64,000 nt of DNA, taken from contig OZ024755.1 in the NCBI GenBank assembly GCA_964016885.1, forward strand, positions 3,286,001 to 3,350,000, in the 5' to 3' direction. The stretch is from Eledone cirrhosa. Lineage: Eukaryota. Position numbers and translations under genes: made by a program. The notes below the pieces were generated by a model. The model searched no databases, had not been told where the DNA came from, and was given only the letters and a program-made list of their open reading frames with translations. The stretch's first letter is position 1. Each line of letters opens with the position of its first letter. Of this stretch, positions 10,666 to 23,599 are shown in pieces.

Positions 10666-12959
10666 ATATATATATGTTGTGCTAATAAATACATAAGGGA
10701 AAGGCATTAAGTGTTTGGCCTTCTTTGAACTTAGGACATTTCTTTACATCAAAGTCAAGATAACTTCGTCTTTCATTCTTTTACTAGTACAGATATTATT
10801 TTCACCATGACAAGAGCAGTGGATTGGCAGTATTGGTAGAGGGCTGGACACCATGCTTTGCAGCATAGAGTTACGTCCCTTTACGGTCTGGGTTCAAATC
10901 CCACCGAAGTTAAATTAGCCTTTCATCCTTACGAGGTCGATAAAATAAAGTACCAGTAATGTACTGCGTCATTGCGCCTAAAGTAGAAACAATTATTATC
11001 ACCATGACAACTTGTACCATTATCACCACTACAAATACAACTAGCATCACAATTACTACTACTACTACTACTACTATTACTAGTATTATCACCACTGCAA
11101 ACAACACTATCGTTAGGGCCCGGTTTATCAGGGACTGAATCAGGTGGAAACCCAGGGCATCCCTTATCAAATAGGGCCCCTTCTAGGAATAGCCATGGGC
11201 CCCCACCCAACCAAGGTCTAAATATGGCCCTGATTATCATCACAACTACTAGTACTATCTCCGGTACTACTACTACCACCACTACTACTACAGCAACCTC
11301 CACAGCCATCGCTGTTAACAAGCTTGAAAAGTAAAATAACTTGACACAAGTCTTAGGAAGTAAATGTATCTAATAACTTACCACACCACCGTCACTCCAC
11401 CACACCACCGTCACCACCACCATTCTTACCAAATATATTAATAGTGACCTACCAATTGACTACATTATTGGTCGTTAAATTGAGTGAATGGTAACTGGAC
11501 TTGACCACTGGTAGGGCAAGAATTAAGTCTGACCCTTACCTAAACCTTCCCACTAAAACCCAAACATTTATGAACTTATAAGCACACATACATGTATATA
11601 TATACAACATACATACAATATACACATACATGCATACATATTCACATTCATACTTACAAATATACATACATTCAACTCATATATATATATATATGCATTC
11701 TCACATCAGTACATATATGATGGCTGCCCCCTCGTTATCGAGTATGGCAATTGCATGATATAACATTATTAATAATTATCAATTAAGGCTATCGTGCAAT
11801 GCCTGTGTGTGAAGATTTTTTTTAAAGGGAGGAAAGACTGTGCACTGAGCCAATCCCACTCTCTGAACGACAGTAGCTATAACCTGAAAAGAAGAAAAGA
11901 TCAACATCATCAGTAACTAATGAGCCATACATACCTACATCCATACTTACAAATATACATACATTCAACTAATATATATATATACTCACATCCATTCATA
12001 CATATATACATACATTTAATATACACACAATGTAATTAGGACTCACTTATTTAAAGAGGAATAAGAATCAGAAACGAGACTGTGTGTTACCCCTTTTCTT
12101 GGGGCTACTAAACTTTTACTAAACGATGTCATGATAAAATCTTTTGTGTAAATTGTCTATTATTATTATTATTATTGGTGTTGTTTTTATTGTGTGCGTG
12201 TGTGTGTGTGGAGGGGGGGAGGGGAGCTGGATCGAAAGAGCATCGGAAAACGTGCTTTGATGTATAGTTACAGCCCTTTGTTATGAGTTAAAATCCCAAC
12301 GAGGTTAACTTTGTATTTCATCTATATGGGGTTGATAAAATAAAGTTCAAGTATTTATATATACAGGGGGTCCAAAAAAAATGTATACACACTTGAACAA
12401 CATTCTAATAAATATGTGTATACATGTGAGTTGATCATCATCATCATTGTTTAATGTCCATCTTCCATACTAGCATGGGTTGGACGGTGTTGTTCCATTT
12501 GAGGCAGGATTGGTCAAGAGACTGTGTCTCACTTGTGTAGAACTGTCCGTTACAATGTGGACTGGCTCCCTTTTTACCGTGTCTCCTACACGGCCACTTT
12601 ACAATGTGGACTGTGTGCTTTTTGTTGTGTCACCGACACAACCTCTTTACAGTGGACGGAGTAGCGTGTGTGAGGTGGGGTGTTTATATGAATATATATA
12701 CACAACGAAGAGGGTGTGATAAGATAGCAGGTGAACCAGAGTACTCAATACTTAGGGTAGTAGAGTTGGTAATAGGAAAAGTGTCAGGACCCCGACAGCT
12801 GAGTTCCGTCCGTTTCGACAGCTAGATCGGATCTTATATATATTTTTTTAAAAACAAACAAAATTTTAGCTATAAGTATGACTAATTTACTGAGGAATAT
12901 TATGGCGTATTAAATATAAATATGATAAATAAATGCATTATATATAATAAAATAAATAT

Positions 12960-13760
12960 AATATGGAAGTTGAAGGACCCCATAGCCAGTGACAAATTTA
13001 AAAGATTATTACTTGATGCCTTTGACAATAAGGAAGAGCAATTAGAGATATGCGACATAGAAGAACAGTGGCAATTCTTGAAAGTGAACCTGCTGAAAGC
13101 AACGGATGAAATCTGTCGCTGGAGCAGACCTATTGGCAGGAGGAGAGTAACAGTAAGGTAGAAGAGACAATCAAGGCCAAAAAGCAGGCTTGGAAAGTTT
13201 GGCAGGATGGGGGAAGTAGAGAGCACTATCAAGTAGCCAGGAGAAAAGCTAGGAGACAAGTGTACCTTGCAAAAAGGGAAGCAGAGGATAGAAAGTTCAA
13301 GCATGTTCTACAACGCGAGGACCAAATACGCGAGGTGTTCAGGATTGCTAGACAATGTGTCAAGGAAAACCGTGATATTGTCGGAGAGAAGTGTGTACGT
13401 AATGATAACGGTGTACTTGCACTCACTGATGCTGATAAGAAGATAGCCTGGAAGTGTCACTACGAGAGACTATTAAGTGAGGAGAATAAGTGGGAAAAAG
13501 ATAGTCTGCCCCAAATCGATCCAATAGAAGGCCCAGTGGTGCAAGTTAAAGGTAGTATAACAAGTAAGGCAATCAAAAATATGAAGACAGGTAAAGCACC
13601 TGGGCCTTCGGAGATAGTTGAAGGCATCTGGAATGGTGGGACATACTATGGTCACCCAAGTAATACAGAATGGGGTCATACCAAAAGACTGGCGTAGCAG
13701 CATCATCATTAACTGCTACAAGGGTAAAGGAGATGCTCTAGATAGAGGCATTAAGTTAAT
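12960..13760 (+). pseudogene. RTE-clade LINE fragment (duplicate of 23600-24420)
   Basis: Near-identical to 23600-24420, including the 5' flank; contains stops and small deletions. Confidence 0.85.
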
Positions 13761-14949
13761 GTCGCTAAAGTGAAGTCAAAAAAAAAAATAAGGATTGTTG
13801 AAGAGCAGGTGTGGAGTTTGGCTAGGGCACATAATATATAAAAATAATTTATATAAAACTAGCCAAATTACCAGTACCTTGCTGCATTTCACACATTGTA
13901 TTTTGTAAGAAAATAGTGATTGATTTTAAATCAGTGATATAATTTATGGAGAAAAAGTCTGTATTTCAATATTACTCAATCTAAAATGTAATGCATGAAA
14001 AACATTATTTTTTGGAATATATCAAATCTTATTCTGTTTCTTGTAAATAATTTTTTTCAAAATATCAATTCAAAACTTTTGTGAATCATCATCATCACCG
14101 TTTTACGTCCGTTCTTCCACGCTAGCATGGGTTAGACGGGTTGTCCTGTTGTGGGCAGTGTCTGGTCGGCTGACCAGGCCTTGCTCATACAGGAACTGAT
14201 TTGGCTTGTGAATACGCATCATATCTTGTCATTTAGCTATGGTTTAAATTTGATATAAATCGAAGGGAAAAAAGTTTCAGCGGGGGTTTGTGCCTCCGGG
14301 GAACTCTAATAGGGGGTTTAACCCCCATTTTATATATACAACTAGATATATTAAAATTATATTTATTTATTTATTTATATATACAATTAATAAAATATGT
14401 GTATAAATACATATATATGTATTAATAGTAATTATTTATTAATATAAATATATATACTATATATAAAATGGGAAGTATACAATCTAAAATGAATCGAACT
14501 CACGATCGTGAAGTCGCAATGACTTTAAATACTTTGCGCATGCGCACTGATGTCTACTTTTTTGCGCATGTGTAATTGGCCTAATTCTGTTTCGCAAAAA
14601 CAAAATGGCCGCTGGAACAATTTCTTTTTTTTCCAACCTGAATGAAAAACGTTAAAAACTTGGATTTTACTATTTATAAGGAGGTAAAGTAAAGTTTTAT
14701 TTCCTTCCATAAACGTCAACAATAATTATTGAAACGATAGTTTTGTTTAGCTACTGCAACATCTCCACGTAGTGTTGTATTTCAATGGTGCTCATTGTTA
14801 CGTGATAGATTGATCATGCTACCTTATCTTACGTTTCCAAAGCAATCCAGGGGAACAGACAGATATGATGTTGTCATTTCTTATGTCTGTGCAGTTGATT
14901 GTCAATCTGCCACTCCTAGTAAGCAGCAGAACCATTGAAGTATACCCTC

Positions 14950-16370
14950 ATGGCACACCAAAACCACCCTCCTCCATAGTTTCTCAATTCCAGGTGAGAG
15001 GGTGATTGAAGCAGTTTAAGGACGTATACTTCTCGTGGGAACCTCTACGGCCAGCTGCTTCTCTTAGGATCCTCTTGGTCAATGCCAGGTTGGAGAGGGA
15101 CATGAGCACTTTAAAGGCGTAAACATCTCGTACGATCCTCTACGGCCAGCTAAACCATAATCAGTGCCTACTTAGAGGGCGTAAACATCTCGTAGGATCC
15201 TCTACAGCCAGCTAAACCCTGGTCACTAAAACCACCCTCCTCCACAGTTGGTGAATTCCAGATGAGAAGGCGATTGAAGCACTTTAAGGGCGTAAACATC
15301 TCGTACGATCCTCTACGGCCAGCTAAACCATAATCAGTGCCTACTTAGAGGGCGTAAACATCTCGTAGGATCCTCTACAGCCAGCTAAACCCTGGTCACT
15401 AAAACCACCCTCCTCCACAGTTGGTGAATTCCAGATGAGAAGGCGATTGAAGCACTTTAAGGGCGTAAACATCTCGTACGATCCTCTACGGCCAGCTAAA
15501 CCATAATCAGTGCCTACTTAGAGGGCGTAAACATCTCGTAGGATCCTCTACAGCCAGCTAAACCCTGGTCACTAAAACCACCCTCCTCCACAGTTGGTGA
15601 ATTCCAGATGAGAAGGCGATTGAAGCACTTTAAGGGCGTAAACATCTCGTACGATCCTCTACGGCCAGCTAAACCATAATCAGTGCCTACTTAGAGGGCG
15701 TAAACATCTCGTAGGATCCTCTACAGCCAGCTAAACCCTGGTCACTAAAACCACCCTCCTCCACAGTTGGTGAATTCCAGATGAGAAGGCGATTGAAGCA
15801 CTTTAAGGGCGTAAACATCTCGTACGATCCTCTACGGCCAGCTAAACCATAATCAGTGCCTACTTAGAGGGCGTAAACATCTCGTAGGATCCTCTACAGC
15901 CAGCTAAACCCTGGTCACTAAAACCACCATCCTCCACAGTTGGTGAATTCCAGATGAGAAGGCGATTGAAGCACTTTAAGGGCGTAAACATCTCGTACGA
16001 TCCTCTACGGCCAGCTAAACCTTAGGTTAGATGGTGAAATAAACAGTTTAAGGCCGTATACTTCTTGTGGGATCCTCTACGGCCAGCTAAACCATGATCA
16101 GTGCTTGTTTAGAGGGTGTAAACATCTCGTAGGAACCTCTACAGCCAGCTAAACCCTCGTACGATAATCAGTGTCTGAAAGAAGCAGTTTTAGAATGCAT
16201 ACTTCCCATAGTATTTCCTACGGCCAGCTGAACCCTAGTCACTACAAGCTTAGAGGGCGAGAGAAGCATATACTTCACATAGTATCTCCTATGGCCAAAG
16301 AAGCAGTTTTATAGCGTATACGTCCCATAAGATGTCGTACGGCCAACATCAGGTAAGAAGGCGAAAGAAG
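14950..16370. repeat. 173-bp tandem repeat (about 5 near-perfect copies, 15109-16021) with degenerate flanks
   Basis: gggcgtaaacatctcgtacg recurs at 15288, 15461, 15634, 15807, 15980; each unit has an internal ~42-bp subrepeat. Confidence 0.95.
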
Positions 16371-16891
16371 CAAGTCAATAATGTTGCTGGACTGTCGTCT
16401 AAACGGAGGTAATATATATGTTACCAGCTTGACATAAGTATATTTATTTCCCTAAAAATTGTTCCGTATATACGTTCAAAATTACTTTATATATAGAAAC
16501 GGAATGAGTGAGATAACACACGGAATATATTTTGAGACGTGTTATCTCCCTTTCCGTTTCTATATTTTTTTTTAAAAAAGTAAATAAAATTTTACCTATA
16601 AATATATCTATTTTACTTAGTAGAATTGCGGCTTGTGCGTGGCGATGCGCGCAACGGCTCGGACGTCGTCGGCTACGTATGTATGTGTCGTTTCCATACT
16701 ATGTATCCCAAGTTCGAATCGTTGTGGTGTGCACGTGGCTACGGCGGCTGGGATGTTTGCAGGCTGGCTATATGCTGGCCTGCGTCCTAGACCACGATGA
16801 GAATCCGCCTTACCCCCTTTTGCTAAAAAATGTTAGAATTATCTCCCTTTATTTAACTCTTTTTTTTCAATTGACTTCCGGTTGTTTGAAA

Positions 16892-19190
16892 GAAAACATA
16901 CATTTCATATAGAATTTTTCTTCGACTTTTCAAAAACATACATTTCATATAGAATTTTTTTTCGACTTTTCAAAAACACTCATTTCATATAGAATTTTTT
17001 TTCGACTTTTCAAAATCATACATTTCATATAGAATTTTTTTTCGACTTTTCAAAATCATACATTTCATATAGAATTTTTTTTCGACTTTTCAAAAACACT
17101 CATTTCATATAGAATTTTTTTTCGACTTTTCAAAATCATACATTTCATATAGAATTTTTTTTCGACTTTTCAAAAACATACATTTCATATAGAATTTTTT
17201 TTCGACTTTTCAAAAACACTCATTTCATATAGAATTTTTTTTCGACTTTTCAAAATCATACATTTCATATAGAATTTTTTTTCGACTTTTCAAAAACATA
17301 CATTTCATATAGAATTTTTTTTCGACTTTTCAAAAACACTCATTTCATATAGAATTTTTTTTCGACTTTTCAAAAACATACATTTCATATAGAATTTTTT
17401 TTCGACTTTTCAAAAACATACATTTCATATAGAATTTTTTTTCGACTTTTCAAAAACATACATTTCATATAGAATTTTTTTTCGACTTTTCAAAAACATA
17501 CATTTCATATAGAATTTTTTTTCGACTTTTCAAAATCATACATTTCATATAGAATTTTTTTTCGACTTTTCAAAAACATACATTTCATATAGAATTTTTT
17601 TTCGACTTTTCAAAAACACTCATTTCATATAGAATTTTTTTTCGACTTTTCAAAAACATACATTTCATATAGAATTTTTTTTCGACTTTTCAAAAACATA
17701 CATTTCATATAGAATTTTTTTTCGACTTTTCAAAAACATACATTTCATATAGAATTTTTTTTCGACTTTTCAAAAACATACATTTCATATAGAATTTTTT
17801 TTCGACTTTTCAAAAACATACATTTCATATAGAATTTTTTTCGACTTTTCAAAAACACTCATTTCATATAGAATTTTTTTTCGACTTTTCAAAAACATAC
17901 ATTTCATATAGAATTTTTTTTCGACTTTTCAAAAACACTCATTTCATATAGAATTTTTTTTCGACTTTTCAAAAACATACATTTCATATAGAATTTTTTT
18001 TCGACTTTTCAAAAACACTCATTTCATATAGAATTTTTTTTCGACTTTTCAAAAACACTCATTTCATATAGAATTTTTTTTCGACTTTTCAAAAACATAC
18101 ATTTCATATAGAATTTTTTTTCGACTTTTCAAAAACATACATTTCATATAGAATTTTTTTTCGACTTTTCAAAAACACTCATTTCATATAGAATTTTTTT
18201 TCGACTTTTCAAAAACATACATTTCATATAGAATTTTTTTTCGACTTTTCAAAAACATACATTTCATATAGAATTTTTTTTCGACTTTTCAAAAACACTC
18301 ATTTCATATAGAATTTTTTTTCGACTTTTCAAAAACATACATTTCATATAGAATTTTTTTTCGACTTTTCAAAAACACTCATTTCATATAGAATTTTTTT
18401 TCGACTTTTCAAAAACACTCATTTCATATAGAATTTTTTTTCGACTTTTCAAAAACATACATTTCATATAGAATTTTTTTTCGACTTTTCAAAAACATAC
18501 ATTTCATATAGAATTTTTTTTCGACTTTTCAAAAACACTCATTTCATATAGAATTTTTTTTCGACTTTTCAAAAACATACATTTCATATAGAATTTTTTT
18601 TCGACTTTTCAAAAACATACATTTCATATAGAATTTTTTTTCGACTTTTCAAAAACACTCATTTCATATAGAATTTTTTTTCGACTTTTCAAAAACATAC
18701 ATTTCATATAGAATTTTTTTTCGACTTTTCAAAAACACTCATTTCATATAGAATTTTTTTTCGACTTTTCAAAAACATACATTTCATATAGAATTTTTTT
18801 TCGACTTTTCAAAAACACTCATTTCATATAGAATTTTTTTTCGACTTTTCAAAAACATACATTTCATATAGAATTTTTTTTCGACTTTTCAAAAACATAC
18901 ATTTCATATAGAATTTTTTTTCGACTTTTCAAAAACACTCATTTCATATAGAATTTTTTTTCGACTTTTCAAAAACATACATTTCATATAGAATTTTTTT
19001 TGACACTTTCAAAAACATACATTTCATATAGATTTTTTTTCGACTTTTAAAAAACATACATTTCATATAGAATTTTTTTTCGACTCTTCAAAAACATACA
19101 TTTCATATAGAATTTTTTTTTCGACTTTTCTAAAACATACATTTCATACAGAATTTTTTTTGACACATTCTAAAATACACATTTCATATA
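16892..19190. repeat. 40-bp tandem repeat array (~57 copies)
   Basis: caaaaacatacatttcatatagaattttttttcgactttt iterated. Confidence 0.97.
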
Positions 19191-19371
19191 GTTTCTTTTT
19201 TTAGACACTTCATTTAGTTTCTTTTTAGACACTTCATCTAGATTCTTAGTTTCTCTTCAGACACTTCATCTAGATTCTTAATTTCTTTTTAGACACTTCA
19301 TTTACATTCTTAATTTCTTTTAGACACTTCATTTAGATTCTTAGTTTCTTTTTTTTTTTAAAACACTGCTG

Positions 19372-19506
19372 AAGGGAGATAACTCTTACTTAGAAAGAGT
19401 TACCTCCCTTAATTCAAGGGAGACAACTCTTATTTAGAAAGAGTTACCTCCCTTAATTCTTGTTTCAAGGGAGATAACTCTTATTTAAAAACAGTTATCT
19501 CCCTTG
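19372..19506. repeat. Three tandem short palindromes aagggagataactct...agagttacctccctt
   Basis: Visible hairpin-forming units. Confidence 0.8.
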
Positions 19507-20267
19507 ATTCATAAGTTCAATCGCGGAGAGTCCACGCTAATTTTTTTTTTTACTTCAGTTCCTCGATCCAGGCATGAGTATCCTGATGTGGAGAAAAAAT
19601 ATTCTTAGCTTCTTTATTTAGAAACTTCATATACACTTTACGTTCTTTATAGTACGTTTTACTCGGTTTCTTGTAGACTCTTGATTTCTTTATTCATTTT
19701 TGGCAAAATAAACTGAATACAATTCGTATATAATATGTAAATTTTCTTTATTCATTTATGGCAAAATAAACGGAATACAATTCGTATATAATATGTAAAT
19801 TTTCTTTATTAGCAGAAACTACGCCATTCCCACGGCAAACAACACAGCATATGAACTTGAAGGCTGGACATCTGTAAAAAGAAATGAAAGTCATTTACAT
19901 ACGTTATCAATAAAAAGAATATTAAACTTTATAAAATTCATCCGATTTTGTCTTTTCTTATATATACATTTAAATAGAGGCAACTAAAAATGTATATGAA
20001 GTTTCTTAAAGAAAGTAAATAAGAATGTAGATGAAGTGTATGAAGAAGAATGTAAATGGTTACATAGAATAACAGTTACAGCGATATCGATCTGGTTAAT
20101 ATTTGATTACGATGATGATATCTAAAAAAACAACAGCAACAACTAAGAATGTAGACGAGTTTCTAAAGAAAGAAACTTCATCTACATTCTTAGTTTTTTT
20201 TTAGGAATGTAAATGAAGTGTTGAAAAGGAACAAAGAAAGTAAATAAACTTTCGTAAGAAGAAACTA

Positions 20268-21155
20268 AGAATGTAAATGGTTCAATGCTACGTGGGTTAA
20301 AGTAATATCGATCTAGTTAACACTGATCAACAGTTAACTGTTGAAAAGGAACAAAGAATGTAAATGGTTCAATGTTACGTGGGTTAAAGTAATATCGATC
20401 TAGTTAACACTGATCAACAGTTAATTGTTGAAAAAGAATGTAAATGGTTCAATGTTACGTGGGTTAAAGTAATATCGATCTAGTTAACACTGATCAACAG
20501 TTAATTGTTGAAAAGGAACAAAGAATGTAAATGGTTCAATGTTACGTGGGTTAAAGTAATATCGATCTAGTTAACACTGATCAACAGTTAATTGTTGAAA
20601 AAGAATGTAAATGGTTCAATGTTACGTGGGTTAAAGTAATATCGATCTAGTTAACACTGATCAACAGTTAACTGTTGAAAAGGAACAAAGAATGTAAATG
20701 GTTCAATGTTACGTGGGTTAAAGTAATATCGATCTAGTTAACACTGATCAACAGTTAATTGTTGAAAAAGAATGTAAATGGTTCAATGTTACGTGGGTTA
20801 AAGTAATATCGATCTAGTTAACACTGATCAACAGTTAATTGTTGAAAAAGAATGTAAATGGTTCAATGTTACGTGGGTTAAAGTAATATCGATCTAGTTA
20901 ACACTGATCAACAGTTAATTGTTGAAAAAGAATGTAAATGGTTCAATGTTACGTGGGTTAAAGTAATATCGATCTAGTTAACACTGATCAACAGTTAATT
21001 GTTGAAAAGGAACAAGGAATGTAAATGGTTCAATGTTACGTGGGTTAAAGTAATATCGATCTAGTTAACACTGATCAACAGTTAATTGTTGAAAAGGAAC
21101 AAAGAATGTAAATGGTTCAATGTTACGTGGGTTAAAGTGATATCGATCTAGTTAA
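20268..21155. repeat. 80/87-bp tandem repeat array (11 units)
   Basis: aagaatgtaaatggttcaatgttacgtggg...tcaacagttaattgttgaaa(aggaaca) iterated. Confidence 0.95.
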
Positions 21156-23599
21156 TCTTTGATTACGATGATGATATCTAAAAAAAATTCGTTCAAAACT
21201 TAAGTCGTCGGGCTTTACAATCGTGAGTTCGATTCTCAGACCGGACTTTGCGTTGTATTCTTGAACAAGACACTTTATTTCACGTTGCTCTAAATCACAG
21301 AAGCTGCTATGCTTCATTGGGTATGAAAGATAATAAAAATGTTGCTATATCTAGTGGCTTCTGTGAAGGAAAGGTATATTTCTTTTATGAGAAGGTTTAT
21401 ATATTTTTCTTAGTAGACAGTATATAGTAAAACCTATTTTTGTGTCTCAAGAATATTTGCTAGTGTTGACAAGGTTTACTATGCATTCAATAAAGAAAGA
21501 TCTACAGAATAATGTTTATAGAGAGAAATTTGAGTTATATTTCTTAGAAAGTATGTATATAGTGTCGACATGACTTAGTTTAGTTTCTTAGAAGAGGTAA
21601 CATTATTTGTATGTGTAGTTTTTATTTAAAAGAAAGCATGTGTCGAGAGGGTGAAGATGTTCCAGAAAGCCACATAAAATACCTCTTCACAGGAACACAA
21701 TATCCAAAGTGTGAGAGTTATTGACATAAAGTGTGTATTTAATAAAACGTAAGATACTTCGAGTGTAGAGCAAAGAAAACATTACATACCTCCATACACG
21801 GGAAAAGTAATATCCAAAATGAATTTTTTTCAAAGAACCGGAAGTCAATAAAAAAAGGGAAGAGTTCCATAAAGAGGAAGTAACTCTAAATAAAGGGAGA
21901 GCAAAAATGATTACTCGTGTGGTCCAGGACGCAGGCTAGCATATAACCAGCCTGTAAACAGTTCCGGCGTGCCCTCAATTCGATCTTCCGACACATAGAA
22001 TGGTCACGCCATACATAAGCAGGCGATGAAGTCCGAACCGCTACGCGTGTCGCTACGCGAAGCCATAATATTCCTCAGTAAATTAGTCATACTTATAGCT
22101 AAAATTTTGTTTGTTTTAAAAAAATATATATATAAGATCCGATCTAGCTGTCGAAATGGACGGAACTCAGCTGTCGGGGTCCTGACACTTTTCCTATTAC
22201 CAACTCTACTACCCTAAGTATTGAGTATATATATGAGTTGAATGTAGGTACGTATGTGTATATATATATATATATGAGTTGAATGTATGTATATTTGTAA
22301 GTATGGATGTAGGAATGTATGTATATATGTACGGCTCAGTAGTTACTGATGATGCTGTATTTAAAGCCATTGCGACTTCACGATCGTGAGTTCGATTCTT
22401 TTTAGATTGTATACTTCCCATTTTATATATAGTATATATATATTTATATTAATAATAAATAATTACTATATATATTAATACATACATATATACTACGTAT
22501 ATATTATAAATATGTATATAAATGTATTTTTTTAAATATATGTATTTATACACATATATTTTATTAAATATATATACATTTTATATATAAATTATTTGTA
22601 TATAAATATATATGAATAAACATATAAATCAAAGACTGTAAAACTACTTTATAAAAGCTAACACAATATTGTTAAACCTTCATATAGATCAAAGCCTATA
22701 GTTTAAGCTGTTTCTAGACTTTCGTGGGACATTACTCTCTCTGAATATCTAACACTTTAATTGTATCTCTCTTTTTTTGTCTCTCCCCCTCTAGATGTGT
22801 GTGTGTATATATTTGTGTGTGCGTGTGTAGTTTTTCGTGTGATTCAACCAATAAACATATTTCTTGTGTTCTAGATGTGCTCTTAGAGAATAGTAGACGA
22901 CCACACAACTCAAGCTCCCTATGTTCTTATTGAGGAAGTGTAGAAAGCTACAACCACTGTTGACAAGAAATGAAGCTGCCATGCATTGTTGGGTGTGAAA
23001 GAAATAGAGTATGACTAATAAAAATGTAGCTTTAGTTTCTTAAAATACATTACATACCTGTTTATATGAACAGAATATCCAAAATGATTGTTTTTCAAAG
23101 AACTGGAAATCAATTAAGAAAAGTGATTTCTTTCAAAAAAGAATTCCAAGTAGTCACGGCTACCAACAGAGCTGCAACAATTCAATCCAAACCACTAGGT
23201 GCATCGCCACGCAAAGCCGCAATACTACTCAGTAAATTAGTCATATTATAGGTAAATTTTTTTTTCTTTTTTAAATATAGAAATGGAAAGAAATATATTT
23301 CATGTTACCTCACTCTTATTCCGTTTCTATATATTCGTTTGTATTTTTTTTTCAATGGATAACCACTTACCTCTGTATAGAAGACAGTACTGCAACATTA
23401 GTTAACCATACGACATCCTAAGAGAGGGTCGTATGAGAAGATTATGCCCTTAACTGCTCCAATATACACCCGACCTAATTGAAGTACATCGTGAAAACCA
23501 TAAAAAATTTCTCAATTGTAATAAATATATTATATATAAGTATAAAAAAATATAAATATGATAAATAAATATATTATATATAATAAAATAAATATAATA

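Noticed and set aside
16532-16912. 126-aa ORF in the CpG-rich segment
   Set aside because: It has no recognisable domain and a TTG start, and the inverted paralogs at 21820-22110 and 23075-23470 show indels that do not preserve frame.
16892-21155. Regular arrays resembling CRISPR
   Set aside because: Units are head-to-tail with no unique spacers, there are no cas genes, and the context is eukaryotic.
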